Position numbers and translations under genes: made by a program
In this document: positions 34,165-43,480 of the stretch, one piece after another
Position numbering within the stretch: the first letter of the stretch is position 1
Layout: each line of letters opens with the position of its first letter
Assembly: GCA_035299085.1 (NCBI GenBank)
Contig: DATGXG010000002.1
Coordinates: forward strand, 70,066 to 134,065
DNA from: Bacteroidales bacterium
GTDB lineage: Bacteria > Bacteroidota > Bacteroidia > Bacteroidales > UBA10428
DNA length: 64,000 bases
Direction of reading: 5' to 3'
The notes under the pieces: model-generated
Databases searched by the model: none
What the model saw: the letters and a program-made list of their open reading frames with translations, nothing else
What the model was told of the DNA's origin: nothing

Positions 34165-35232
34165 TTACGGTTTCAATACTACAACATCCTTTGCCATCCT
34201 GAATTTGGGTTCGATCAACCAGTTTCCGGTGGTATCGATAATACCCCATAATTCATCTTCCGTGTTGTTGGTTTGTATACTTACAGCAGCATAGCCATTT
34301 TTAAAATCCCGGGCATTAACAAACCGGGGTTTGATGACCCATTCCCCCTTGCTGTTCAAGAAGCCCCATTTTCCGTCTTTTCTTCCCTTAGACAGTCCAT
34401 CATGGAAGTCATCCATAATTTCCGACATCCCGAAATCGATCATTTCACCTTTTAAACTGATATAGTACCATTTTTCATTAAACATGACCCTGGCCAGGCC
34501 ACTCACAGGATCCATATTTTTTACTGCCGTATAAAACGGGTTAATAACCCATTCCGCTGATTTATTTATATATCCGATCATTCCTTCAATATTTTTAGCC
34601 CATGCAATACCACCGAAAAAGTAACCGACCTGCTGGAATTCAGGTTTTATTGCAATCCTTCCGGTTGTATCTATAAAACCTTCTTTCCCGTTCTTAAATT
34701 TGGCCGGCGCCATACCTTCCTGGAAGGGTTTCATTTCAACGATTTCTTCATCTAATAGCGTTTCCCGGCCTGTACGCGCATTTATTACACTGAAGCGGTC
34801 CTTTAACACACCAATTCCATAACCCTTTTCGAATTCCAGGAGGGTTTTCCATTTCATAGGAACAATTACCTTACCGGTGGTATCCATGGCACCCCATCTG
34901 TTCGCCATCCTCATTACCAGGTAGCCACCGGTGAATTGACCCGGATAATAACTCAGATAATCCTTCACATCAAAATCGGTAACCTCAGTTTCTATTTCAC
35001 GGCCGAAACGGTTGATAATCCGGTATTGCTTCCTTGCCGATGAATAAACAACTGCAACACCATCTTCAGAAAAGGGCTCACAATAAAGATATTTCGCGTC
35101 ATAAACTTTTCCATTGGCATCAGAATAACCCCAGAATTTGGAGTCGACAGGCTTGACAAGAATGCGGATATCCTGGGCAAAAGTAACGGCAAATGCGATT
35201 GATAAAAAATAACCTGTGAGCAGATATTTCAT
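34165..35232 (-). CDS. WG/KWG-repeat protein, secreted
   Basis: 355 aa. Signal peptide and periodic motifs KFWGYSDANGKV, NRWGAMDTTGKV, GKEGFIDTTGRI, GKWGFLNSKGEWV, ELWGIIDTTGNWL. Confidence 0.75.
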   Translation of the reverse strand: MKYLLTGYFLSIAFAVTFAQDIRILVKPVDSKFWGYSDANGKVYDAKYLYCEPFSEDGVAVVYSSARKQYRIINRFGREIETEVTDFDVKDYLSYYPGQFTGGYLVMRMANRWGAMDTTGKVIVPMKWKTLLEFEKGYGIGVLKDRFSVINARTGRETLLDEEIVEMKPFQEGMAPAKFKNGKEGFIDTTGRIAIKPEFQQVGYFFGGIAWAKNIEGMIGYINKSAEWVINPFYTAVKNMDPVSGLARVMFNEKWYYISLKGEMIDFGMSEIMDDFHDGLSKGRKDGKWGFLNSKGEWVIKPRFVNARDFKNGYAAVSIQTNNTEDELWGIIDTTGNWLIEPKFRMAKDVVVLKP

Positions 35233-35289
35233 TGTAGTAAAGATTTGCAGAATGCAAAGTAAGTTTTTTTAAAATGAATGATACCGGTT

Positions 35290-37182
35290 TCACTCAGTAA
35301 ACTGCAATATCCTTGTTTCATAGGGTAGAAGCCTGATTATCCTTCGACTGACAGCGTGAGTATCTCTAATGGTTCCGTAATTGAACTTAACCGAATTGAT
35401 TCGTCTGACGGTTATAAGCTTATTGAATCGGTTAAGATTAATACTTTGTGGGACAGTTGTAAAATTAGCAAGAAAGATAAGCCCGTGATCCTCATTTTTC
35501 AGAATAAAACCATCGACCACCAAAGGCTTACTGCTTAATGATTTGACAATTTTATAGCTTTCACCAATTAACCGGAATATATGGTATACAGGGAAAATTG
35601 TGTATTCTTCAGCCGGGAATAACCCGGTTTGTAAAGACCTTTTTCCCATTAAAATGCCACGCTCCCCAATGGTTTCATAGTAAGTAACCGATTCTATTCC
35701 TGATTCAAGAACTGATTTCAAACTACCGACAGTCCAGGCTGCAGCGAAAAGCGACATTTGCCTAACGTCGACCTGATCAGGCATATGATCGGTGTTATAC
35801 GGGAGCTCATAATTGATCATATTGGCATTGAAGCGCCTTTTCAACGTTACCGGTGAAACATGGATCTTCTTTCCTCCGGTAACAGCAAAAGCCGAATTAA
35901 TGGCATCACGCTGCGCTGTCATGTTTTCAAATAACGTACTGTCATCATTGGCATGCTCCTGAGGGTGTATCGCGAACGACAGAAAATCGAGTGATCCCGA
36001 TGATGGTGTCATACGGTTCAATTCGGCAAAATTGCAATTTGTGCCCGCGCCAACCCGGATTCCGGGGAAATATTTTTTAACTTCAGGCAGGATGCTTTTT
36101 ACTATATCAGGCGGTGTCGATTTATGATCGCGTGAAAACAATAATATTGAAGATAAATCAACCGGAGTTTCTTTATAAATTGACAAGAATTTATCCCATT
36201 CGCCCCTGCAATTATCTCCGAAAACAAGGCATAAGACAACAGGTAACTGGAGCTGAACAGCCTCATTTAAAATTCTTCTATACCGCAAACTCCAGTTATT
36301 TTCAAAAAGGAGGATCTCCCCCCTGAGATGACGGAAACCTGTCCTTTTCAACAATTCAGCTTCCCGTGCAGTCATCTCAAACACAGCAGAAGAAACACAG
36401 GTACCAAGGGAAGGCATAGGTAAATCCGGACCGTTTAAGGGAAAGAAATTAATGATCTCAGAACCGCAAGATGAATTTGATTTTCCGTCAATCTTTATAG
36501 TAACTGACTGGCTAACCTTTGTGTTCTTTTTAAGCAATACGGGGAAAGGAATTTCAAGCGGTGTACTATAAGTTTTATAGGAAGCATCCGTCCAGTTTCT
36601 CTGGTCTTCAGTCTCAAACAGGTCGCCTTTGAATTGCAGGGTTACCTTATTGCTCCTGTCATAGTTCCATGACATTCCTGATATGTTTTTAAACGGCTGA
36701 TGCGGAGCTATTTTTTCGGGAAACATGCGTTTTTCAGTCGTTCCGTCCGGATGGGCAATAATGCATTCCTTTCCGCGGCATGTTTCGGGTGGATGTAATA
36801 GGCAGATGCCAATCCGGTTCTTTAGAAAATCAGTTTGTGCAGAACCCTTCATCTCATATGAAAGAATGTTTTGTGATGTGCCGGTTATGCGGATTTCAGA
36901 CAAAAACTCTATTTCGTTTTTTGAATACTGCACTGATAATTGAATGACAAATTCTTTGCCGGAAATGCTTATATTTTCGGTGAGGATTTTTTGCGGAACA
37001 TTCAGCCAAGCGTGATCCCTGACGGCCACATAAATCATTCGTATGACTTCATAACCGTTAATTGAAATATTGCGAAGTGTACCTTCTGAATATTCAACAG
37101 TTAAATTTCCCGCCCTCAATGTTTTGTATTTTGGGAAAGGGCAATCGGAACCATGTAACTTTTGTAAGGTGGTGTAAGGCAT
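35290..37182 (-). CDS. Cytoplasmic 630-aa protein of unassigned family; candidate sugar-lactone/sugar-acid enzyme of the adjacent locus
   Basis: Long clean ORF with no signal peptide, 10 nt downstream of the regulator gene on the same strand. I cannot name any motif with confidence. Confidence 0.5.
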   Translation of the reverse strand: MPYTTLQKLHGSDCPFPKYKTLRAGNLTVEYSEGTLRNISINGYEVIRMIYVAVRDHAWLNVPQKILTENISISGKEFVIQLSVQYSKNEIEFLSEIRITGTSQNILSYEMKGSAQTDFLKNRIGICLLHPPETCRGKECIIAHPDGTTEKRMFPEKIAPHQPFKNISGMSWNYDRSNKVTLQFKGDLFETEDQRNWTDASYKTYSTPLEIPFPVLLKKNTKVSQSVTIKIDGKSNSSCGSEIINFFPLNGPDLPMPSLGTCVSSAVFEMTAREAELLKRTGFRHLRGEILLFENNWSLRYRRILNEAVQLQLPVVLCLVFGDNCRGEWDKFLSIYKETPVDLSSILLFSRDHKSTPPDIVKSILPEVKKYFPGIRVGAGTNCNFAELNRMTPSSGSLDFLSFAIHPQEHANDDSTLFENMTAQRDAINSAFAVTGGKKIHVSPVTLKRRFNANMINYELPYNTDHMPDQVDVRQMSLFAAAWTVGSLKSVLESGIESVTYYETIGERGILMGKRSLQTGLFPAEEYTIFPVYHIFRLIGESYKIVKSLSSKPLVVDGFILKNEDHGLIFLANFTTVPQSINLNRFNKLITVRRINSVKFNYGTIRDTHAVSRRIIRLLPYETRILQFTE

Positions 37183-37192
37183 TTTCTTAAAA

Positions 37193-38203
37193 TCATAGCG
37201 ATTTTCTCCTGATGAAACGGCATGGATTGAAAAGCTTCTCCCTGCTGCCGGTCAGAATCATTTCAGCCGCAGTATTGCCCATAGCCTCAAAATCGGTAGA
37301 AATTACAGAGATACCTCCCTCCAGTATTTCCCGCATGGGAGAATCATCATAGGCAATTAATCCAATATCTTTCCCAATTTTCAGTTTCTGATTTTTAGCC
37401 TCCTTAATGATATAAATAAGGTCACTGTCGGGAAAAACAAGGAAGCAATCCCCTGTTTTAAAATCCTGGTCCTTTATGGAAGCAATTACCTCGCCGTTGT
37501 GTGCGGAATCATGTACAAACTTTTCAAAACCCGCTATCAGTCCCGAAGGTACAAACTGAAAACGGTTGGCTGATTTGCAGAATACAAGTCGCTTATATTT
37601 TTTCAGAACGGGCTCTGCATCAGTAAGAGCCTTGTAGATATCCTCCCTGAAATTCTGGCAGATGCTGGCATACTTTCCTTTCAGTTGTGGAACCGTCTTA
37701 TCGATGATCAGAAGCTTTTCCCTTGGAATTTTATCAAGAACAGGTGAAACATCATGGTTAAAATGAGGCATAATAACGTAATAGTTGTACTTGCCGACCG
37801 ATTCTTCAATCATTGACCTGAACCTCTCATCATCGTAATGATGAAAAAAAACCTGGACTGCTGCATCAGCGCCGATCCGGTTGTGAAAAGCATCGTAAAG
37901 TACTTCCTTATAGGAGCTGATGCGGTCGAACAGGACAAAAATGTTAAGCTTTCGGGTTATTTTTGTATTAAGCACGTAGTAGCCCTTGCCTCTTTTGGAA
38001 CCCAGGATACCGCTCCGGCATAAATCATCATAAGCCCTGAGGACAGTGCCAGGGGATATACTGAACTCCCGGCACAGTTGATTTATTGAAGGAAGTCTTT
38101 CATCCATCCGTAATACACCTTTTTCTATGGCCAGGGTTATGCTTTCCCTAAGCTGTTCATAGATGGGAGTAATATCGTCAGTATGAATTGTTATGAAATT
38201 CAT
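37193..38203 (-). CDS. Transcriptional regulator: GntR-type winged HTH plus a LacI/periplasmic-binding-fold sugar-sensing domain
   Basis: PIYEQL...LPSINQLCREFSISPGTVLRAYDDL (GntR HTH), then a PBP-like body. Start moved to MNFITIHT (ATG 38203); the longer ORF runs through the promoter palindrome. Confidence 0.8.
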   Translation of the reverse strand: MNFITIHTDDITPIYEQLRESITLAIEKGVLRMDERLPSINQLCREFSISPGTVLRAYDDLCRSGILGSKRGKGYYVLNTKITRKLNIFVLFDRISSYKEVLYDAFHNRIGADAAVQVFFHHYDDERFRSMIEESVGKYNYYVIMPHFNHDVSPVLDKIPREKLLIIDKTVPQLKGKYASICQNFREDIYKALTDAEPVLKKYKRLVFCKSANRFQFVPSGLIAGFEKFVHDSAHNGEVIASIKDQDFKTGDCFLVFPDSDLIYIIKEAKNQKLKIGKDIGLIAYDDSPMREILEGGISVISTDFEAMGNTAAEMILTGSREKLFNPCRFIRRKSL

Positions 38204-38208
38204 TTTTT

Positions 38209-38242
38209 GTACAAAAATATAAAATAGATTTTTATATTTGTA
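38209..38242. promoter_or_regulatory. 34-nt AT-rich palindrome holding two divergent -7 boxes (minus TATTTTTG at 38212-38219, plus TATATTTG at 38233-38240). Candidate operator.
   Basis: tgtacaaaaatataaaa-tag-atttttatatttgta, followed by the reiterated ATAAGTAT words at 38248-38280. Confidence 0.5.
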
Positions 38243-38296
38243 TTGAATAAGTATGAATAAGTATATATAAGTATAAATAAGTTTACCTTCACTATT

Positions 38297-39298
38297 ATGA
38301 TTCTTGTACAAAATTACACGCTTGCCGTCTTATTATGTGTACTGGCCATGATTTGCTGGGGATCGTGGCAAAACACACAAAACCTCACAGGAAAAGGATG
38401 GCGCTTTGAATTGTATTATTGGGATTTTATCCTTGGCATATTTATTTTTTCATTAATCATGGCTTTTACATTCGGCAGTCTTGGTCATGAAGGCAGGCCG
38501 TTCCTTGCAGACCTGCGACAGGCTTCGCCCGGCTATTTGATCAGTGCAGCCTTAGGAGGGGCAATATGGAACCTTGGAACGCTATTGCTTATTGCTGCTA
38601 TATCCATTGCCGGCATGTCAGTCGCATTTCCTATTGGCGGCGGGATTGGCTGGATACTGGGTATTGTGATCAACTACATAGGTATGCCCGAAGGCAATCC
38701 TGTCCTCCTTTTCGGAGGATCTGCCATTATCATCCTGGCCATTATTTTCAGCATGATTTCCTACAGGCGTTTGGCTAATGCCCAGCATAAAGCGCCCTTA
38801 AAGGGAATCCTTCTTTCGTTTGCTGCAGGATTAATGATTGCCTTCTTTTACAGGTTTGTTGCCTCTTCACTTGACACAACCTTTACTGCAGAAAACTCAG
38901 GTAAAATAACATCTTACACGGCTGTCGTTATTTTTTCAATCGGCGCCATTATTTCAACAGTTATTTTCAACCCTTTGTTTATGCGCTACCCTATCCAGGG
39001 TGATAGAGTAAGTATTGCGGATTATCTCAAGGGTAATTACCGAACGCACTTTTTTGGAATGCTTGGAGGAGCCATATGGTGCCTTGGAAATTCGGTGAGT
39101 TTCATGGCAGTGAATTCGGCCAGTCCTGCCATTTCATACGGACTCAGCAATTCTGCACCGGTGGTTGCAGCTATATGGGGTATTTTTGTATGGAAAGAAT
39201 TCCGTGAGGCCCCAACCGGCACATCCAGACTGCTTACTATGATGTTCATCTGCTATCTTATTGGTCTTTCCTTAATAGTATATTCACGAATCGGGTAA
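38297..39298 (+). CDS. DMT-superfamily sugar permease (GRP/RhaT-like, about 10 TM)
   Basis: 333 aa, uniformly hydrophobic, with two similar 5-TM halves. First gene of the sugar operon. Confidence 0.65.
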   Translation: MILVQNYTLAVLLCVLAMICWGSWQNTQNLTGKGWRFELYYWDFILGIFIFSLIMAFTFGSLGHEGRPFLADLRQASPGYLISAALGGAIWNLGTLLLIAAISIAGMSVAFPIGGGIGWILGIVINYIGMPEGNPVLLFGGSAIIILAIIFSMISYRRLANAQHKAPLKGILLSFAAGLMIAFFYRFVASSLDTTFTAENSGKITSYTAVVIFSIGAIISTVIFNPLFMRYPIQGDRVSIADYLKGNYRTHFFGMLGGAIWCLGNSVSFMAVNSASPAISYGLSNSAPVVAAIWGIFVWKEFREAPTGTSRLLTMMFICYLIGLSLIVYSRIG

Positions 39299-39308
39299 AA
39301 CACAATCT

Positions 39309-40697
39309 ATGAAAGCTTTTCCTGTTTTAGTTTTAATTTTTATCCTTACCGGGTCGCTCTCTGGCCAGATAAAACCTATTGAAGGTCCCTCGGTTGACCT
39401 GACGCATGGTAAGCTTGTGGTATCACAAAACCACCGCTTTCTTCAATTCACAGACGGCACACCTTTCTTTTATTTAGGAGATACGGGTTGGGAGTTTTTT
39501 CACAGACTGAATTACAAGGAGGCTGAAAAATATCTTGAAAACCGCAGGATGAAGGGATTTACAGTAATCCAGGCAGTCATACTGGCAGAACTTGATGGAT
39601 TGAACACTCCCAACCGAAATGGAGACAGGCCTTTAATTGACAATGATCCGTTAAAACCCAATGAAAGGTATTTCTTATATGTAGACAGCCTCATCAGGCT
39701 TGCTGCTTCAAAAGGAATTTTTATAGGGTTATTGCCAACCTGGGGTGACAAGATCGACAGGGCATGGGGAAAGGGTCCGGTTATCTTCAATACTCAAAAC
39801 GCTTATTCCTATGGACAATATCTCGGCAACCGGTATAAAGATTTCCCGAATATTATATGGATCAACGGAGGAGACCGTCCGGGCGGTAAAAGCGCAGATG
39901 GCAAATCCGATAATTTCCCGGTTTGGGACGCGCTGGGAAAAGGAATAAAATCAGTAGACCACAATCACCTGATGACTTTTCATCCTATGGGTGAAAGCAG
40001 TTCATCCAACTGGTTTCATAACTGCGACTGGCTTGATTTCAATATGACACAGACAGGTCACGGGCAACGGAGTTATGCCATCTATCATATGATAAAGGAT
40101 GATTATAACCGGAAGCCCATAAAGCCCTGTATGGATGGTGAACCCAGGTATGAAGATCACCCCATTAACTGGCAACCCGATTCCCTGGGTTGGTTCAACG
40201 AAATGCATGTCAGGCAGGCAGCATACTGGAACCTGTTTACCGGGGCTCATGGTCATACTTACGGCTGCCACCCCATATGGCAAATGGCAGCTCCCGGAAG
40301 GGATTTCGTAGGCTATGCAAGGCATTACTGGTACGATGTGCTTGATTTGCCCGGTTCATGGCAAATGCTGAATGTCAGGAGACTTATTGAATCAAGGCCT
40401 ATGCTGAACCGCGTCCCTTTCCAGGAAATTGTAATCAATCCCGGTGATGAGTATGGATATATTGTGGCCACTAAAGGAGACGGCTATATAATGGTCTACA
40501 CTCCGCTGGGTAATGAAATTCAGCTGAACGGGAACCTGTTACCGGCTAATGAATATAAAGTCAGCTGGTATGATCCACGGTCAGGCAAGACAGCAAAAGG
40601 AACAAATGTTAAGAAAAGTGCGGTTCTCAAATTTGAAGCTCCTTCAAGGGGACCCGGATTCGACTGGATTCTGATACTTGATGCCGCAGCAAAATAA
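39309..40697 (+). CDS. GH140-like (DUF4038) secreted glycoside hydrolase, apiosidase-family homologue
   Basis: 462 aa. Signal peptide. FLQFTDGTPFFYLGDTGWEFFHRL and GFTVIQAVILAE blocks are typical of DUF4038/GH140. C-terminal beta-sandwich-like tail. Confidence 0.7.
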   Translation: MKAFPVLVLIFILTGSLSGQIKPIEGPSVDLTHGKLVVSQNHRFLQFTDGTPFFYLGDTGWEFFHRLNYKEAEKYLENRRMKGFTVIQAVILAELDGLNTPNRNGDRPLIDNDPLKPNERYFLYVDSLIRLAASKGIFIGLLPTWGDKIDRAWGKGPVIFNTQNAYSYGQYLGNRYKDFPNIIWINGGDRPGGKSADGKSDNFPVWDALGKGIKSVDHNHLMTFHPMGESSSSNWFHNCDWLDFNMTQTGHGQRSYAIYHMIKDDYNRKPIKPCMDGEPRYEDHPINWQPDSLGWFNEMHVRQAAYWNLFTGAHGHTYGCHPIWQMAAPGRDFVGYARHYWYDVLDLPGSWQMLNVRRLIESRPMLNRVPFQEIVINPGDEYGYIVATKGDGYIMVYTPLGNEIQLNGNLLPANEYKVSWYDPRSGKTAKGTNVKKSAVLKFEAPSRGPGFDWILILDAAAK

Positions 40698-41509
40698 TGA
40701 AATTAGGGATCAGCACATATACGTATACCTGGGCATTCGGAATACCGGGACAGCAGCCGGAGGTTCATATGGATCCTTTCGGCCTGATTGATAAAGCTGC
40801 GGATTTTGGGATCGACTGTGTGCAGATTGCTGACAACTTTGACCTATCTGCACTTGATTCCGCACGATTATCGGTCCTTGCATCTTATGCAGCAAAGAAA
40901 AACATCGAAATTGAAGCCGGATCGAGGGGATTGACCGAAGAAAACCTGGACCGGTGCATTGATGTGGCAAAAAAACTGTCATCTCCCATTTTACGAATGG
41001 TCATTGATCAGAAGGATTATAAACCCGCACCGGATACTGTTATTTCAATTATCAGAAATGCAGCATCCAAACTGGCCTCACAAAAAATCACACTTGTCCT
41101 TGAAAACCACGACAGGCTGCCCTCCATTGTATTCAGGGAAATTATTGAGAAATCAGGAACTGAATTTGCTGCGATCTGCCTTGATTGTGTAAACTCAATG
41201 GGAATCGGGGAAGGATTGCAGACTGTGATCGAAAACCTTGCCCCGCTTACCGTTAATCTTCACGTTAAGGATTTCTCGGTGAAAAGGTTATCCCATATGA
41301 TGGGCTTCTTAATTGAAGGTAAACCGGCAGGACAAGGTTTCCTTGAGTTGCCCCTGATCCTGGAAAAATTGAATGCATACGGCAAATGCCGGAGCGCCAT
41401 CCTTGAACTATGGACCCCGCCTGCAACGCAGGTTGAAGAAACCCTGAAACGTGAGGAGGAATGGGCAACTGAAAGTATAGTTTACCTGAAAAAAATAATG
41501 AAGCCATGA
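40697..41509 (+). CDS. Xylose-isomerase-like TIM-barrel protein (sugar phosphate isomerase/epimerase family)
   Basis: 270 aa. LVLENH and LHVKD metal-site-like motifs. The start overlaps the upstream stop (TAATG). Confidence 0.7.
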   Translation: MKLGISTYTYTWAFGIPGQQPEVHMDPFGLIDKAADFGIDCVQIADNFDLSALDSARLSVLASYAAKKNIEIEAGSRGLTEENLDRCIDVAKKLSSPILRMVIDQKDYKPAPDTVISIIRNAASKLASQKITLVLENHDRLPSIVFREIIEKSGTEFAAICLDCVNSMGIGEGLQTVIENLAPLTVNLHVKDFSVKRLSHMMGFLIEGKPAGQGFLELPLILEKLNAYGKCRSAILELWTPPATQVEETLKREEEWATESIVYLKKIMKP

Positions 41510-42336
41510 ATACAAAAATCACTCTTGTCGGAGCCGGAGGCAAAATGGGAATGCGGCTTTCCCGGAACCTTAAAGATTCGGAATACAAAATGTTTTACCT
41601 CGAGGTAAGCCAGGCCGGGATCGACCGTCTGAAGGAAATCGGGCTGGCCGTTTCCGATGAAAAGGAAGTTGTCAGCCAGTCGGATGTGGTTATACTGGCC
41701 GTTCCTGATACTGCACTGGCTAAGATTTCATCGGTTATCATTCCGCAAATGAAGCCCGGCTCGCTGGTTATGACCCTTGATCCGGCGGTTGCCCGGGCCG
41801 GAAGGCTATATCTGAGGAAGGATGTGGCCTATTTTATAGCACATCCTGCACATCCTTCGGTATTCAACTGGGAACCGACACCGGAAGCTCAAAAGGATTT
41901 TTTCGGCGGTACACTTGCCAAACAGGCCATTGTTTGTGCGTTAATGCAGGGAGAGGATAAGGATTACCTCCTTGGCGAAAACATTTCGAAAAAAATGTAC
42001 AGTCCGGTTTACCAGGCATTTAAAATAACCATGGAACAAATGGCTTTGCTTGAGCCGGCTCTTGTGGAGACACTTTCTTCCTCGTGCCTTGACCTGGTTA
42101 GAGAAGGAATGGAAGAGATTATTAAAAGAGGGGTTCCGGCTGATGCAGCCCGGGCTTTTTTACTGGGCCATATAAATATTCAGCTTGCCGTGCTCTTTAA
42201 AGAACTTCCGAACGCTGTATTTTCAGATGCAGCAAATAAAGCACTTGAGAGAGGGCGCCGCATTCTTTTCAAGGAAGACTGGAAAAAAATCTTTGAGCCC
42301 GAGAATGTATTACAACAGGTGATTGATATAACCTAA
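41506..42336 (+). CDS. NAD(P)-binding oxidoreductase with a 6-phosphogluconate-dehydrogenase-like C-terminal domain
   Basis: 276 aa. Rossmann ITLVGAGGKMG at the N-terminus. ATGA overlap with the upstream gene. Confidence 0.65.
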   Translation: MNTKITLVGAGGKMGMRLSRNLKDSEYKMFYLEVSQAGIDRLKEIGLAVSDEKEVVSQSDVVILAVPDTALAKISSVIIPQMKPGSLVMTLDPAVARAGRLYLRKDVAYFIAHPAHPSVFNWEPTPEAQKDFFGGTLAKQAIVCALMQGEDKDYLLGENISKKMYSPVYQAFKITMEQMALLEPALVETLSSSCLDLVREGMEEIIKRGVPADAARAFLLGHINIQLAVLFKELPNAVFSDAANKALERGRRILFKEDWKKIFEPENVLQQVIDIT

Positions 42337-42346
42337 TTATCAAAAA

Positions 42347-43384
42347 ATGAATAAACTGAGATTTGCTGTTTTTGGATGCGGCTTCTGGTCGAAATTCCAG
42401 GTTGGCGCATGGACGGAAATTGAAGGGGTCGAACTCGTTGCCCTTTATAACCGTACCCTTTCAAAAGCCAAAGCCCTTGCTGAAATGTTTCATGTACCTG
42501 CAGTATATGACGATGCAGAAGAATTACTGAAGAATGAAAAACTTGATTTTGTAGAAATCATTACAGATGTTGATACCCATGAACTTTTTACAACGCTGGC
42601 GGTAAAACATAACATAAAAAACATTATCTGCCAGAAACCGATGGCCCCTTCCTTTGAGGCAGCCAACCGGATGGTTACTCTCTGCCGGAACGCCGGAGTC
42701 AACCTGTACATTCATGAGAATTACCGCTGGCAGGCGCCAGTCAGAAGGTTTAATGAAATCATCAAATCGGGCGTTATCGGGACTCCTTTCAAGGCAAGGG
42801 TTTCGTTCCTATCGGGTTATCCGGTGTTCGACAATCAGCCTTTCCTGGCTGAACTGGATAAATTCATCCTTACCGATATGGGATCCCATATTCTTGATGT
42901 AACCCGCTATTTATTCGGTGAGGTAAAATCGCTTTGGTGCCAGACCCTAAGCATAAACCCGGGTATCAAAGGGGAAGACCTGGCAACGGTGATGATGGAA
43001 ATGAAGAACGGCATGCCGGTTTATACTGAAATGTCGTATGCATCTATTGTTGAGCATGATTCATTTTCAACCGTACATATTTTAGTTGAAGGTGATAAAG
43101 GCTCAGTATTTTTGGGGCCGGGTTTTGAAATAAAAATAACTACACGACAGGGAACCGTTTCTGAAATAGTAAGATTTCCTTCCTATTCATGGGCCGATCC
43201 CGATTATATCGTCAATCATGAAAGCGGGATACCGCTGTCACGGAACATTCTGGCTGATATGCTCAAAAAAGGGAAGGCTGAAAATACCGGTACAGATAAT
43301 TTTGAAACGGTAAAGCTGGTATGGGCTTGCTATGAATCAGCCGCAACAGGGAAAATTATAGTATTGGAAAATTTTGCTAAATGA
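42347..43384 (+). CDS. Gfo/Idh/MocA family oxidoreductase
   Basis: 345 aa. LRFAVFGCGFWS Rossmann start and the EKP-type motif CQKPMA. Confidence 0.8.
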   Translation: MNKLRFAVFGCGFWSKFQVGAWTEIEGVELVALYNRTLSKAKALAEMFHVPAVYDDAEELLKNEKLDFVEIITDVDTHELFTTLAVKHNIKNIICQKPMAPSFEAANRMVTLCRNAGVNLYIHENYRWQAPVRRFNEIIKSGVIGTPFKARVSFLSGYPVFDNQPFLAELDKFILTDMGSHILDVTRYLFGEVKSLWCQTLSINPGIKGEDLATVMMEMKNGMPVYTEMSYASIVEHDSFSTVHILVEGDKGSVFLGPGFEIKITTRQGTVSEIVRFPSYSWADPDYIVNHESGIPLSRNILADMLKKGKAENTGTDNFETVKLVWACYESAATGKIIVLENFAK

Positions 43385-43480
43385 CTGTCTTTGAAACGAA
43401 TTGCCTGTGCGGGCAGATTGCTTCGTCGCATTTATAAGTTACCATAATCAATGATTTTCAGGCTCCTCGCAATGACGGCG
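43385..43480. repeat. Half copy (centre, B' and A' boxes) of the nested palindromic element. It exactly fills the gap between convergent genes.
   Basis: ctgtctttg...cctgtgcgggcagattgcttcgtcgc...ataatca...gctcctcgcaatgacgg. Confidence 0.75.
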
